A stretch of 64,000 nucleotides of DNA from Sphaerodactylus townsendi (lineage: Eukaryota), in contig NC_059429.1 in assembly GCF_021028975.2 (NCBI RefSeq), positions 70,990,001 through 71,054,000 on the forward strand, written 5' to 3'. Every line of letters starts with the position of its first letter. Within the stretch, counting starts at the first letter, position 1. The translations under genes and the position numbers were made by a program. Of this stretch, positions 1 to 14,178 are shown piece after piece. The notes beneath the pieces were generated by a model. That model saw only the letters and a program-made list of their open reading frames with translations. It did no database searches and was not told the origin of the DNA.

Positions 1-2026
1 ATGCACCTTCTTCCCCTCCTACTTGGGAGGGGGACAAAACAGATACCCAGCTACATGGTACACTCCACATTGTACCACAAAGAGTAACACATCTTACCAT
101 GACATGCTTCTGGAAATGCCACCCATAGATGTCAGTGAAATGTTAGCAGCTAAAACTACCAGACCACAGCCACACAGTCCAGAAAACCCCAAAACAGTCA
201 GTATTATGTATCTATTTATGTTACTATATTTAATATATGTGTAAATAAGTTCAGCCTTCTCCTTCACATATCCTTTCATATTATCCTTCCCATTGTCAAA
301 CAGCACATCATCTCCATTGATCTTTTACCTTCTTTGGTGAACCTGGTTCCAGTGAGTGAGGGGAGAAGTGTAAGCCATTTACAAATGAGTGCAGACAACA
401 GAACTTTCATCTACTTCTCAGTTCTGTACCACACATTTATCAACATAAATAATTCTCACCATTGCCCTATCTGTGGGTAATTCAATCCACAAAGCTGGGC
501 CCATGAACAGACAAAACACATCTTTCTTCAAAGCCTTTGCTTGCTTACTTACATTTAAAGACCCCTTTTAAATGTTTCTCATAGTGATTTATGTTATAAA
601 ACTATTAAAAACTCAAACTATTAACAATTCAAACTAAGCAACAATAAAATCAAATAAATAAGCAACTCGAACCACACACACAGGGGACTATTGAAGGCAC
701 TTACACTATTAGAAAGGAAGGCACCTATCAGATTTCTCAATTGCTGTATACATGAAACTGATTTTCTGTTTGTTCTACCAAGCTTTTCTTCAGAAATGTT
801 GATTGACAAAATCTCAGTAAGAAAGAGGTGCAGGAAAACAGTGAAAAAAGGAGCCCACCAGAAAAGAAGAGTATGACCTCATGTAAAACGCCTGCTGCCT
901 CATTTTTATTGAGCAAGAAAGACAAAAAGTATTGAGGCGAACTTAAAAGATTCAATAATGTGATGACAGCTCCTATTCTAGAGAAAAAAGAAGCGAGGTG
1001 ATGGGATTTGGGCCCAGACTAAAGTCTTTACAGCAGGTAAGTCTTCATTATCTATTGAAAGGTCAGAAACACACAGGAGCTCATTTTAGAATAATAAAAA
1101 GCTTTTGACTTTATTAAGCTTTTATGGCATGTTTCTTTCCAGAGACACAACTGGAGAGCTTTGCTTGCTTGTTCAATGGAATTTGGCTTGCAGCAACATG
1201 TGGTTCCATATGCATTCTATATTGGTCAGTGAGGCACACTTGAGAATTCATATGGGTGGTTTTAAAAAAATCACACAAGACAGAAATGTGCGATTCTTAG
1301 AGATATGTGATATTCTTAGACAGACCCTCACAGCACATTAAACCTTGCTATTTTCCAACACGAACATCCACAGAGGAAAATACAAATTTATTTAAGATGT
1401 GAAGCATGATGAGGAGTTTCCCCCCTGTGCTACTATGTTCATCAGACAATAACAATATGCCAGGAAATAATAATGTACAACATGCTCCTCACAGACAGGA
1501 GACACAGAGCATCGGAGAAGTCTCTCACTCGTCTCAGGTTGGCCCAAATAACATGGAAGAAGCAGCTCAATGATCTCATCCTCAGTCCGATTCTAGGACT
1601 GGTAAGCTATGTCCCTATGTATTTCTATGGCCAGGCTGTATCTTTCCCTTCTGCCATTTTTATCTGCCTAAGAAATTGCCTGTTCAAGCCAAGTTTGACC
1701 TGCATCTCTTGGGTTGACTTGTTTAAAAGTCTGTGAAGGTTGTTTTATTTCAGCACAAGTTTTCATAAAGCCCACTTCTTCAGATGCAATCAATGGATCC
1801 TCACTTTGCAGACATTTTTGCAGGAGTTAGGAAAAACAAAAACAGGCAGCAGGATCAAGGGGCTGGAAACTGCAGGAAGTATAGGATGAAGTACATTAAT
1901 GAAAAATTCTGTTCTAATCACAACAAATATAGAGACTATCCACTATTTATGCTAATTAGTATTCCTAGTGTGTGGGGAGGCTAACATTTGTTAAGATAAC
2001 ATATAACATTGTTGTAAAGATAAAAT

Positions 2027-2240
2027 GCCCTGAGCTGGATAGGCCAGGCTTGCCTGATTTAATCAGATCTCAGAAGCTAAGCATGGTTGACCCTGGCAAG
2101 TATTTGGATAGGAGACCTCAGGAAATACGAAGGTCATGACACAGAGGCAGGCAATGGCAATGGCAAACCACCTCCGAACGTCTCTTGCTTTGAAAACCCT
2201 ACAGGGTCGCTAGAAGTCAGCTGTGACTAGCTGGCAGAAA
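2027..2240 (+). mobile_element. 5S rRNA-derived SINE
   Basis: Head GATCTCAGAAGCTAAGCATGG...TGGATAGGAGACC resembles the 5S internal promoter (box A/C); tail GGCAATGGCAAACCAC...GAAAACCC...GGGTCGC is RTE-like; further copies at ~13959-14127 and ~54678-54812. Confidence 0.8.
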
Positions 2241-2795
2241 ATGTAGAGTATAAATGAAGTACACGTGACATTGTATAGTGATTTGAAATAGGCATGTGAG
2301 TTAATTTTCAGGCTCTACCAATATAAAGTTGCATTAACATAGAAAGCCTGTCAAGACCATCTTCTATCCCTCCAGGCAAATCAGGCTCAATTCCAAGGCC
2401 AATGTACCTGTTTATGCAGATTTTGCAAAGTGTGTCATTAGCTTTTCTTGAAATTAAATTAGGATATTCATAGCTGAAAAATTACTGAACTTCTGGATTC
2501 AGTAGCAGTTGTATAATTACAAACAAGATAGCAAGCAACCATATTGTTCTTCAGAAAAAAATCTATAATAAAAGTTTTCTGATGCTTTTGATTAGGACTA
2601 AAACCCAACAAACAAGTAAGCGAATTTTCAAAAATTATCTGTCAGGCTTGATGTCCAATCCAGAAAAATAGGGGAGGCAGAGAAAAAAAAATAAGCTGAT
2701 TCAGAACAAGCTTCCAAGCCTGTAGCTCGTATGGGATGTACTGTGTAGTGAATTGGATTCTATGTGTACAAACAGAGGTGTAAGCAACTTAGATT

Positions 2796-3137
2796 CAGAG
2801 GCGTACTGGGAGGAAATGGCACCCGGAGACATCCATTCTCCGGGCGGCCCCCCACTACACCTGGGGGGTCCACTCCTGGGCCCCGCCCACTCCCGGCTCC
2901 AAGCTGGCAGCCGGGAGGGGGAGCGAGGCCTGGGGGGTCCTCTGGCTTTCTTGGCCCTGCCCATGTCAATGACAACATGGGCGGGCCAAGGGCGCCAGAA
3001 GACAAGGTAGCAGGACTTCCTGCTGCGTTGCCGTCTTCCTGGTCACGTGAGAAGCCAATTTTGTGGCCCCCACGTCACCAGTTCAGTGGCACCTGGGGAC
3101 AGAGGGTACCCCCTGTCCCGAGGCAAATACGCCACTG
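2796..3137. mobile_element. non-autonomous hAT element
   Basis: TIR CAGAGGCGTA / TACGCCACTG; 8-bp TSD CTTAGATT (2788-2795, 3138-3145). Confidence 0.88.
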
Positions 3138-3413
3138 CTTAGATTTCTTACTGGTACTGTTTCTCTGAGAGCTTGAAGCAGAGGATAGGATGGCCCACTT
3201 TTCTCACTTTCTTACCAATACTTGGTATCAGTCCATGCTAGCTTACTTTCATCTTGGGAGCAGAACAGAGTTTCAAGTTGTACCAACAACTGCTGAGGCT
3301 TCATTCAACTTGGCCCAGGGTCAGGGGTGTTTCAGGGAAACAGTTCACCAGGAACCTTCTTTGTAAGTTAAAGGGCCAATGAGCCCCTGGAGGATGGGGC
3401 GGTATAAAAGTTT

Positions 3414-3415
3414 AA

Positions 3416-3494
<79 letters not shown>

Positions 3495-3496
3495 AT
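3414..3496 (+). repeat. (AAAT)n microsatellite, tail of a short L2/SINE 3' end
   Basis: About 20 perfect units preceded by GGGCGGTATAAAAG. Confidence 0.95.
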
Positions 3497-5682
3497 GACT
3501 GCTATTGTTTAGGAAGCCATAACCACCACAGACACTTCAGATATTAAATTCCTTTGCAGAAGAGTCTGAAACACATACCCATTCAAACTCTCTAAGAAGA
3601 ATCTCAGATAGAAGGCCACATATATCCTTAAAAATGAATAATTTCACCGTAATATAGAAAGCACATTTGATGAAGGTCACTGGTACCTTACCACTTTAAT
3701 TAAGGATGCCCTTTAATTTTTAACAAGTTTGTTGTCCAAATTGCAATAACTAAGCTATTCATTTTCATGCAAAGTTTAGAGAAGTACTATACAATGAAAG
3801 GTCTTTTATTGCGAGCCTCCTATCTATTATACCCAATAGGTTTTTCTAAGCAGACACAGAGAAACATGAGTTACTGTCCTTGGAATTACACAGTGGCACT
3901 TCAAATGAAAAGCATATCATTTCTGATGTACCCCCTACTAATAGTAAAGAATATTGGGCTTCTCACAATTTATGGAAATTAAAATGTTGAGCTTTTGTAT
4001 TAGCTATTTTAATGCTCAAATAATTTTGGTACCCAAATCTAGGAGAAACAATTCCAATCTTTTACAATAGTTGCCATTGTCAATGTAAAACTATTTTAAG
4101 TCATTGCAACTAAAAATCGACAAATTAGAGGAAAAATAAACAAGCATTGTTGCTGTTGTTTTGCAAGCACCCCCCAAAAGATTACCTTGACAGAATAGCA
4201 GCATCCCAGGACCATCCTACTGTTTTCAGGCATGCCTACCTAGCTGGCATGTTGGAAGCCAGGGTCAGTCCTTTAGGGCCTATAAGAACTAACACTGTGG
4301 AGCAGTGGGTAGCATGTAGGCTTCAAGACCCCTGTTTTTTATCACCTAGCACATTTTCTGATCTCTGATCATCGTAATGAGAACACCCAACTTGAAACTG
4401 TAAGTTAAATGCTTTGAGTCCCACTAACCAAGGATGGCTTCATTCAATGGAGAAAGTCATTAATGGAGCAAGGCTTTTTCCTCTTGAGGAGTGCTCCTCA
4501 CTTCGCATAAGAGTTCATACACACCAACCAACTATGACAAACTTCCCAGGCTGCGCTAAAAAGAATTTCAAAGCTACCCACCACTCTGAAGCACCAAATC
4601 CACTATTAAGGCCCAGCTGATCAATACGAATCTGATGCTAAATATATGTATTGAGTACAGCTTTTCAAGGAAAACCTGTTAAAATACTAGAACTGTGAAG
4701 AGGTTTCTTATTTTTCTGACTTTGAAAATCATGTGGGAATAGTGATTTCAAGAAACATTTTCATTACTGTAATGTACATAAATGAGCTTGTCAATTGCGA
4801 GCTCTTGCTTTAAAAAGCAAGCACTCCCCCTTGTGGCAAACACAGAATAAAAGTGGTCACCTTCAGAAATCTGCCACATGCCACTCTTCCGAAAAGTTCA
4901 GCGGAAAAAAAAATCAAGCATTAGTCACACATTTATACAGAAGAAAATTAACTAGAAGCTTGGAATGCAAGCACTTCACTTCTGAGGAAAACGTAATTAA
5001 CCCTAGATTCAAGAACCTGTTTATATATAAATTGTTTACCTTGTTTCTGTCCCCCTGTCACCTATATAGTAGAAACTACTCTCTTCCTGTCCTGGATAGG
5101 GAGCAAAATGTGCTTCCCATACATGCGCCACCCCCACAGGAGAAGCAGGGGTGTTACTAATACCTGACGAAGCTCTGAGGCTTTATTCCAACCAATTCAC
5201 CAAAGAAACTACAAGTGTAGCAGAAACAAACTAAAAAAACCCTGCAACGTAGTTTTGTAATTTCACAACTTTCACATCGATGTCATTTTTATCTCTCCTT
5301 TCCTCCTAGTTGCTCAAAATGGCATGCACACTTCCCCTTTACTCCAGTATCTTTCATCATATAATTTTATATGACACATCTTGATGGATAATGATTTACT
5401 AGTATGTTGTTTTCAAACAAAGGTTTATTTGTGAACATTTTGAAGCATTATACAATTGGCAGCTACACAGAATTATACATTGGTCTACTGACTGCTTAAA
5501 ATGGGGGAGGAGACAAAGAACACAGGAGAAGACATAGCACTTAAGAAATCAATAAGTTATTAAAAATGAATCATTTCAAGTTGTTCAGAGCATGATTAAC
5601 CCCCAGATTCAATACTGGCAACATTTTTATTAAGTTGTTTGCCTTGTTTCATTTTGCAGTACATAGTAAGAAAGTACAACAA

Positions 5683-5880
5683 AAAGGTAAAGGTAGTCCC
5701 TTATGCAAGCTCTGGATCTGACATATCACGTTTACTAGGCAGACTTTGTTTCACCAGACAGTTTGCCGTTGCCTTCCCCAGTCGTCTCCACTTTACCCCC
5801 AGCAAGCTGGGTACTCATTTTACTGACCTTGGAGGATGGAAGGTTGATTCACCCCTGAGCCAACTTCCATTGGGATTGAA
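5683..5880 (-). mobile_element. Sauria-type SINE fragment; another at ~14411-14546
   Basis: (ACCTTT)n tail on the minus strand; GCTGGGTACTCATTTTAC..GAGGATGGAAGG body. Confidence 0.7.
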
Positions 5881-6870
5881 GAAAGTAATATACATTTATT
5901 CCTACTAATAGCTTAAAAGCCAAACAATATTATGTTACTATCACTACAAGGAGAACTTTTTTCTAATGGCGAGTTTCATGAAAAAATATTCTAAGAAGTT
6001 TTACTGATAATGCCTCTGTTCCACTTGTTACAAGGTTAGACTATTTAGAACCATACAAGTGGGATCAGTGTCCATGATTCTGAGTTCCTCAGCACAGTGT
6101 AACCAATGCTTCCAACATCAGGAAGGTGGCTGCAGAATGGTGAAAGGTTGAAGCCAGGATCCAAACAAGTTCACACAAGGACTATAATGTTCACACAATG
6201 CGCTATAATGCTTTACAACCCTGCCACCCCACCCCACGCATGTATACAAGCCTCTTTAGATCCAGGCCTCAACATCATACCTTGGAATTCTTTTGCCTCT
6301 TGCTCGCATGGAAAAGATGCCCCTACAACTGGATTTCAAAAAGTTGGTCCCAGAAAAAATCCCAACTCAAAATCACGTAATACCTTTTAGAGAAGGTATA
6401 TATATAAATATGCGATATAATAAAAGGCATTACATGGCTTTGAGTTTTACAGTTGGATTGTGTCTTCTGCATGGGAGAAGACACAGGATTTTATTTATGA
6501 CCCCTAGGATCTAGTTAGTTATTTCACGCTGAGATGTGCAGGCTTTTACAAAAACAATTAAGAGCTGCTTCAGTAAGGGGTGAGTCAGAACAAAGAAATA
6601 TCAGTGGGGAATGCTTAAGCTTTTTGCTGCAGCTGCTTCCCTTGTCCATCACTAACCCAGCAACATTTCTTCCAAACAAGAGTTTACTTTTACAAATAAT
6701 GCATCTAGAATCCTGTTGGAATGGGTGGAGGCAACTTGAATGCAGATATAGAAGGTGACAAAAAAAATTTTTTTAATTTCTCCCACTGTACTCCAGCTCT
6801 GACTCACCCATGTTAAATTATTTTCCTGTTTAAAAGGAAAACACACCACTAGGGTTCCATGATATACATT

Positions 6871-7021
6871 GGCCCCTTCCGCACATGCAGAATAATGCAC
6901 ATTCAATTCACTTTTACAATTGTTTGCAAGTGGATTTTGCTGTTCCGCACAGTAAAATTCAGCTGCAAAGTGCATTGAAAGTGGATTGAAAGTGCATTAT
7001 TCTGCATGTGCGAAAGGGGCC
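6871..7021. mobile_element. MITE (Harbinger-like); same family as 62647-62785
   Basis: ~30-bp TIRs GGCCCCTTCCGCACATGCAGAATAATGCAC. Confidence 0.8.
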
Positions 7022-7850
7022 AGAGACATTCAACATTAGAATACCATCACTTTCTGTGCACGGGAGCAGATGAATAATAAAAAAATTCTAAGTTTCCCCA
7101 CTGACTTTTTTTATCCAAGGCAAAAGGACTTTTTACCAATCAAAGTAAACATTGATTTTCTTGCCTTTCTTCCTCCGTGGTCTCCTAATACCTTTATTTC
7201 TCCTTTGTCTTATATCACTAGTTCTTCTCCCTCACCAGCAGCTTCTCTGTCAGCACTGTCGGAGAAACTAGCTCAGTTTCTCACTTGACTGAAGTTGATA
7301 GCCGCCTATCGGGAGGAAGAAAGAAGGTCTAGCCTCCTGAAACCTACTATGTCAACTCCCAATAGTCCTGAAATGCCCTACTTCTCAGTGCGTCTCTTGA
7401 GGCTGTAAGAAGAAATCTAAGGTATAACCAAATCATTCAGTCTGCCGGTCACACAGCAATAAGGGAGAAGGGTAGATTTCTCAAACTGTCAAATATAAAT
7501 TGGCTGTACTAATAGCAAAGAGTGTTTTTTATTATTAATGTAGAACCAGAGGCGAATGTCAATTCATTGTCTAGAACAGCGGCTTTCAAACTGCACTCCT
7601 AGCTTAATAGGGGTTCCTCAACAAGAACGGCAACAGCGGATAACCATCCCCAAAAGACAGCTTGCCTGTCATCAGCAATCTGTCTTACAAGGCATGGACA
7701 AGGTTGTACCATGGTTACATGGAATTAGGTCCAGACAGACCTTCCTTATTGAAGGTGCCCTAGAATTCTGAACACTGGACAGAGATTCCATGGCAGACAA
7801 ATGGATAGAAAACCAGAGATCTACTGCTCTAGAATCAAACTGTGTGATCA

Positions 7851-9581
7851 TTTATTCACATCTTTAAAAATTTCTATGTTTTTATCAACTGTTAAAATTA
7901 AGCTGCAGCACCTTTCAACAATTTTCTGATATGTTTTGTACTAATTTTGTAATACTTTGCATTTTTAATCAAAGATTTTATTTCAGGAATTATGTTTTCA
8001 TGTATACATTTCTGCTGCTGAGAAAACCACTAATCCAGTTATTCACCTGTGTAAAGTCAATCACAGAGCCTTGATTACATTTTAAAGACAAAAGAAATCA
8101 CTAACAATGCAACTTTCATATGTGATATGCACATAAATAAGAAGAATCACTCATAACTGTAAACATAGTCAGTTCAAATGGCAGTTCACCCAACACCACT
8201 ACCAAAAATATTAATGGGTAATAAGCACATATCAACTTTCCAGGTCCTCTCTGATAGATTTCTTAAGCATAAAAATAATGATCTTCAAACAAATCTATGT
8301 AGCAACCCCTTTTTCTGTAGAATGTTTTTTTTTGCTTCAAAAGTGTGATTAGAATGGTTGTGCAAACACACCTTAGAACATGTTCCACCCAATCATCTGT
8401 TTATTAAGTATTTATTGCTGCCACAGGCACCACAATGTATTTAAGCATCACAATATAGATCTAATACGGCTAATTAATTTTAACAAATGTGTTTTTACAC
8501 TGATCAAACCATATCAAAAGTATAATTAAATTACTGTTATTCAAGTTACGCTATTTTCTTGGGGGAGGGGGCAAACATTAATAATTAATATATTCCTGTC
8601 CTTCCTATCCTTTAGATCACTGAATAAATAAGCAATTCGCTTAAAAACCATTACAAGAAAATCATGACAGATGATAAAAAGATGTCATAGTTGCTCTCAG
8701 ACAAGCATAGCAGTATTTTGAAACTTAATTACCATTTGGTCTTTGAAAATATTGCAAGGGCCTTTATTACTTGAAAATATGGTGCCCTTGTAATCTGACA
8801 CTTCAGTTCTGAACAAAATGGTCATAGCCCAAAATCCTCATGTGCAAGAGCTTCTCATCCCCTTTGAGAAAGGAGCCAGATTATACTGACACAGGTATTA
8901 ACCATACTGAATGGCTCCATTTTCAGAGACCTCGTATATGTGAAAGACAATGTGTAAAATCAATGGGACACCTATTGTGTTTAATAGTCGAGAACGTCAT
9001 AAGGTTTGTTGCTTAATTTAAGTAATTTTGTGTATATTTCAACCAATTTGCATTCTAATAACTAAAGAAGCAAAAAGTACTCAAGTAAAATGGCATACTT
9101 AAAGCTTTTTTTATTTTTCAAAAACTGCTGGTCATTCAAAATAATCTTTTTGTAAGTAAAAAAAAACCACACAATTTTCCTACATTTGGTCCAAAACTAG
9201 AGGAAACAAATAATAATGGGTCCTTTCTATTATATTTACAATTTCTGTGTTTGTGGGATTCTAAAAACAACATGGCTTCCAGCAATAGGAAAAGAACTGA
9301 AGTACTGCTACCAATGAAAGGATAACCAGATGCTTCTTGGAAATACCATTTGAGTATTAGCTTTGTTCTAGAATTTGGGTTCTTTGTTCGGTTCAGTTCA
9401 GATGTACATACCTTTAACAGCAGGCCATTTGCAAGTCAAAGTTTAAGCCATGTTTTCAAATAATTAACCATTTACACAAGTTATTTAAAAAGGCATATTT
9501 TATAGTCATTACAAAAATGGACTATAGTAGCAGCTCTTAAAGCAAGATTCAAGCATGCTTGAAAAAGGTTCAAGTAGAGAA
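7851..9581 (-). other. CMPK1: probable CMPK1 3' UTR; candidate AATAAA signals at 8411-8416 and 7851-7856
   Basis: AT-rich, repeat-poor stretch after the stop codon, with minus-strand AATAAA hexamers; the true end is not determinable. Confidence 0.45.
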
Positions 9582-9623
9582 CTAGCCTTCTTTATCAAAG
9601 ATGCTCACAACTTTAGCAAAAAC
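9582..9623 (-). CDS. CMPK1: CMPK1 exon 6 (terminal coding part)
   Basis: CAG acceptor, then VFAKVVSIFDKEG-TAG, matching the vertebrate CMPK1 C-terminus. Confidence 0.95.
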   Translation of the reverse strand, partial: VFAKVVSIFDKEG

Positions 9624-10725
9624 CTGCAAGAGAAAGGACATTATAGAAAACCTTTGTACATTATACCAATAAGTATACATAATGTAAATTGTGCAGTGTT
9701 CACAAATGTAAATTTAAAGTAAACATGCAACTGCTGCTCCCATTCGGCCCATTCAGGGCACAAGTCTTTTACCAATTTGGAACCAATTTGGAAGTCCCCC
9801 CCCCCCCCCGCCACACTGCATTTAATTGGGAGTTCAAGTCATTTGTGGACAGCACTGACTGGTAAGATAGACCACTGAATTAGTGATCCACTTCGTTGAA
9901 TGTACATCTGTCACTCAAGCCAGCTAGGCTCATATAACTAGTAAGGAATTTACTGAGAATTCTCTTCTTATATAACTATACTCAATCTACATAGTGTCTC
10001 TTCAGTATTATTGTACTGGCAATAGCGATATGAAAAAATGACTGCCACCTGCAACACAAAGCAATAATTGGAATCCAAGGACCCAAGAGAGATCTTAAGT
10101 CTTGCAATCAGATTCACAGCCAAATTCCTATCATGAGGTGAAGTTACTGGGGTATAAACAAAAGCTTCTGCCACATCAGCAGCAATGACATCCTTTGTTA
10201 GACAGTGCCCATCAGGGTTCCCAGTCCAACTCTCTTTCTATACACCCCTGGCCTGAAAATTTGTCCCTGTGTTTTACATCAGCATTAGCCAATGTTTTAA
10301 CGCAGAAGGCAAGGTTGGCTCCCAGCTCCTCATCCCTAAAACTGTATTATGATTCTCAAGCATTACTCTTATGCAATGTACATTATGACTTAGTAGGTCG
10401 TACTATTCTGTAAACAGCTTTTTGATCAAGGCTCACAGCTGGGGTCCAGGAAGCAGCCAGCCCAGCAAATGAGAGCCTGCCAAGGATGTGGCTGATATGT
10501 TTGTTGTGTTATATGTTTGACTATATTACATGAATTTGGAAATTTCTGCGAGCCCTTTTGTAGAAAAAATCAGGACAGAAATGCCTAAATAAAATGTCAA
10601 ATGGAAATGGAACAGCTTAACAAAGTGTTGATCTGCATAGCTGTAACCCCTACCTTCCCCCACGAGGCAAAATTGTATGAGTTTTAAGAAAATTCAAAAC
10701 TACATCTTCAACCTTTGAAACTTAC

Positions 10726-10822
10726 TTCATCAACAGATTTGGAGGCATCCACTTTCCTGACTTTGCCCATTTTCTCATATAAGTCTATTATGGGCTTTGT
10801 AGATTCTAGATATGTATGAATT
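10726..10822 (-). CDS. CMPK1: CMPK1 exon 5
   Basis: 97 bp after an 83-bp intron; IHTYLESTKPIIDLYEKMGKVRKVDASKSVDE; phase consistent with exon 4. Confidence 0.96.
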
Positions 10823-10905
10823 CTGAGATGAAGAAAAAAACAGAAAATTACATAATTGAAAAGTATCAGAAAGCACAATTAAGGCAATTTGTTTGTACAT
10901 AATAC

Positions 10906-10982
10906 CTCTTCTCCAAACTTTCTCTGTTGTCATCACTTCTGCCACTGCTTTTCCCTCTTTCAAGGCAGCGATTAATACAGAT
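10906..10982 (-). CDS. CMPK1: CMPK1 exon 4
   Basis: 77 bp, AG/GT bounded; ICINRCLERGKSSGRSDDNRESLEK(R), the LID region. Confidence 0.96.
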
Positions 10983-12432
10983 CTACAAACAAAAAGAAAA
11001 GACTTACCAAAACATTTTGTTGTTTTTTACTCTGCAGTTAATCGTGTTACATACAAACGTTGTGCTTTCTACCTGGGGACAGATGAGCTCATTGGCTATT
11101 CAAGTACACAGCACATGAACTGTGGTAGCCAATTAGCCATCTGTCAAGGAAAAACTTTCACTGAAAGAAAAGCTGTTTACATTCTAAAAACTGCAAAATC
11201 AGAACAATACAAAAAACCAAGTTGAACCAGGAGACATTTTTAAAATGGATTTAACATAATGTCCCAGCATTCTAGTGACTCATTTAAAATATTTGTTATT
11301 TCATGGTATATTAAGTGATCAATGCGCGAGCACCTATATGCTAACAGTGACTTGTGGCCACCAGAGACACCAAACAGACTTTTCTGCAAATGTGCAGGTT
11401 TGTAGAAAAATCTAAAATGTTTAAATCTCCCCCACATTAAAATAAAAAATATAAAAAATTAAAAAGCGTTGTTTGTGCTTTGCTTCTGAGGTGACGACAG
11501 AAACTCTACCAGAAACTCTACCAGAATCCTGGAGTCCAGTCATGGCAGATGCCGGGAGCAACTTGAGGGTGAGTTATTGAGCCTGGGTCCATGCTGGTTT
11601 AGCAACAGGGGAGGAGAATGGGATTTTGCACCCTCTGTTTCATCTATTTTCTATATTAAGATCATATTTTTAAAATAGAACATTAACAAGATCTATAATC
11701 TCTCTGAGCAATTGCCAATCCAGTATGTTTATTTTTAATGAAATGATGAAAGACTCTCAGATGAGAGACGTGGAAAGAAAAGAAAAATTACATTAAAATT
11801 GCATGTCTTTTTCTGCTATGGGCAATCATTTTGCCTGAATATCTTTGTAGTACTTATGTTTACTGTGACTCCCTTAAAGAGCTAGCTCATTCATGAACAG
11901 ATATCAAGATTCTACACTTCTACTACTGTTCTGGCTACCAGGACATTTCTTCCCTACTGAATAATTTCTGTAATTTCGTATCTGGACAAATGTCTCTTAA
12001 TTCCAGGGTTTAGCTGCTCATGATGCAATAGAGCAGCAATCAAAACTTCACTTCTTATAAACTGAGAACCAGTGGGGAGGGGGGAAAAACACATGGCTCT
12101 AACTAGGGCCATGGCATGAAGGGGGGAGGTCTGCAATTGCTTCCTTCCCCATGGTCATCTCTCTTCAATTTAAATTGATTTTTCCAGGTGCTACTATTTG
12201 CCTCCCAGGAAAAAGCAGGCATAACTTAGGATAGGAAAGAGTTAAACCACACTTCCTTCCATAGCCCCAACTGCCTTCCCCATGTTGTTACCTTATTAAA
12301 AACAGCAAACCGCATGCAGTACCCAATTAAACTGATTATTACATAATCACAGCACATAGTGAGAGATAGAAGTCAATGTGTCCATTTACATACTACATGG
12401 GGAAGTTGAAAGTGCACTGATAATTAATTTAC

Positions 12433-12585
12433 CTCATTATTGCAGTCAAAAAAAAGAACAAAAGATACATCTGCTTTTCCATTCATTGTTTTGTTCCAGC
12501 CCTGAAGGTTATCTTCATTCCTGGGAAATCCATCAATTAAGAATTTATTCTTCTGTGCATTTCCCGCCATAGTTTCATCCATAAC
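12433..12585 (-). CDS. CMPK1: CMPK1 exon 3
   Basis: 153 bp, AG/GT bounded; VMDETMAGNAQKNKFLIDGFPRNEDNLQGWNKTMNGKADVSFVLFFDCNNE (NMP kinase LIDGFPR motif). Confidence 0.97.
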
Positions 12586-13126
12586 CTGAACGGTTACAAA
12601 GTTCAAACAAAAACATTATTCCATACTGACAATATGGGGAATCATAGCAGTAATCTCTGAAATGTTGCCATGAATTAGAATTTTTTCATTTGATCTGTCA
12701 CATTTGTATAGAACACACACAGGGTCAGATTAAGTTCAATTTATGCCCTAAGTACAGTCCAGCCTTGGTTCCCTGGCCCTTCCATTTGCAAGATTCATAA
12801 TTTAGTTTACTTGCAGGCCAGTCTGATCAGATTTCACAATATATTCACAATATAGTGTGTTTTTTATTTTAATTTATTTTGTGGGACTATATGAATTATA
12901 TTGCAATATGAAAAGGCCCTTACATAGCCTGGTGCCCTAGACTGTGACAATCCTACAGAGGAATCCTAAAGAGGAATATTATTATGATCATCATCAAGAT
13001 TTACAACAGCGATTCACTTATATGACATCACCTTATTAGTTACTAACAAAAGGAATGCAAAATCTCATAAAATTTATTTCAGTTTATCATGAAAAACTGG
13101 AACGTCAACCTTAATTTTAACCTTAC

Positions 13127-13273
13127 CCTCTTTAGCAAACTGATTGTTATTTCAACAGGTACAATTTTCCCCTCTTTAATATAGCTATCAATGAGCTCTC
13201 CATACTGAGAGCCTGGTCTCTTCCTCTCATCTCGAAGGAGGTCGCCTGCAGAAAGGTGGGTATAACCATATTT
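13127..13273 (-). CDS. CMPK1: CMPK1 exon 2
   Basis: 147 bp, CAG acceptor and GTAAG donor; [49 protein letters not shown]. Confidence 0.97.
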
Positions 13274-13958
13274 CTGAGGGAAAGAAACAAACAATAACAC
13301 AACTATTTAACTGTTTATACAATGAAATTTATGTTCACCTTTTAGTTCACCATCAATAAAATCCAATTCAAACAAAGTGATGGTAAGTCACCAATAAAAC
13401 CCAAAATATAAACTTCATATAACTCAGCATTTTCTTTTTAGACTCACATCTGGCTTGACAATCATGATTTTACAGCTTTCCTTGGAAGTTAGCAAAATCC
13501 CTTCAACTAGGATCTACTCTAAGTGAGTACAAATCAAATTACTGAGCCATTCATGTCCAGGTTCAATTGAAGGTGTTGATTTTCTCTTTAAAAGCCCTAA
13601 ATAACCTGAAGTATCACAGTAAGCATCTTTGCATATACAGAGCCATGAACCCTTCCTCTGTGTTTCAAAATCTGCTAATGAGGCCTTCTTCAGCACACAC
13701 ACTTTAGTTGATACAAGACTGGAAAGACTCATAGCAGGGTTTCTTCAGTTATCACCTGTCTACCAGGAAATAAATTTCTGCCCTCAGATCACTGAGAAGT
13801 TTTTCTTATTAGTTATTTAAAATTTTATATTCCATTTTTCTGACCAATACTCAAAACAGATGAAATAATAATCATTAAAACATTATATCAGTGTACTAAC
13901 TCTGTGACTCATGAACAGCCAATTCACCATTATCCAAAAGAGCTAAATTTATGTTCAT

Positions 13959-14127
13959 CCCTGCTCTGGATACCCCAGGCTAGCATGATCTCAACAGATC
14001 TCAGAAGCTAAGCAGGGTCAAGGAATACTAGGGTTGTGCCATGGAAGTAAACAACCTTTGAATGTCTCTTACCTTGAAAACCCCACCAGAGGTTGCCATA
14101 AGCCAAATGTGACTTGACAACAAAAAA
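13959..14127 (+). mobile_element. 5S-derived SINE, internally deleted copy
   Basis: GATCTCAGAAGCTAAGCAGGGTC head and the same tail as 2027-2240. Confidence 0.7.
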
Positions 14128-14178
14128 TGGCACGAGGCCTGTATTTCAAGGCGGATGGCAGCTTAACTGTTCCTCTGA

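Noticed and set aside
700-1042. Possible exon ending in a strong CAG|GTAAGT donor at ~1037
   Set aside because: No convincing ORF, acceptor or homology; cannot be supported without RNA data.
2040-2140. 5S rRNA gene
   Set aside because: Diverged, lacks the 5S 5' end and continues into a retroposon tail; it is a SINE head.
3414-3496. CRISPR-like or other functional repeat array
   Set aside because: Simple (AAAT)n microsatellite in a vertebrate genome; no spacers.
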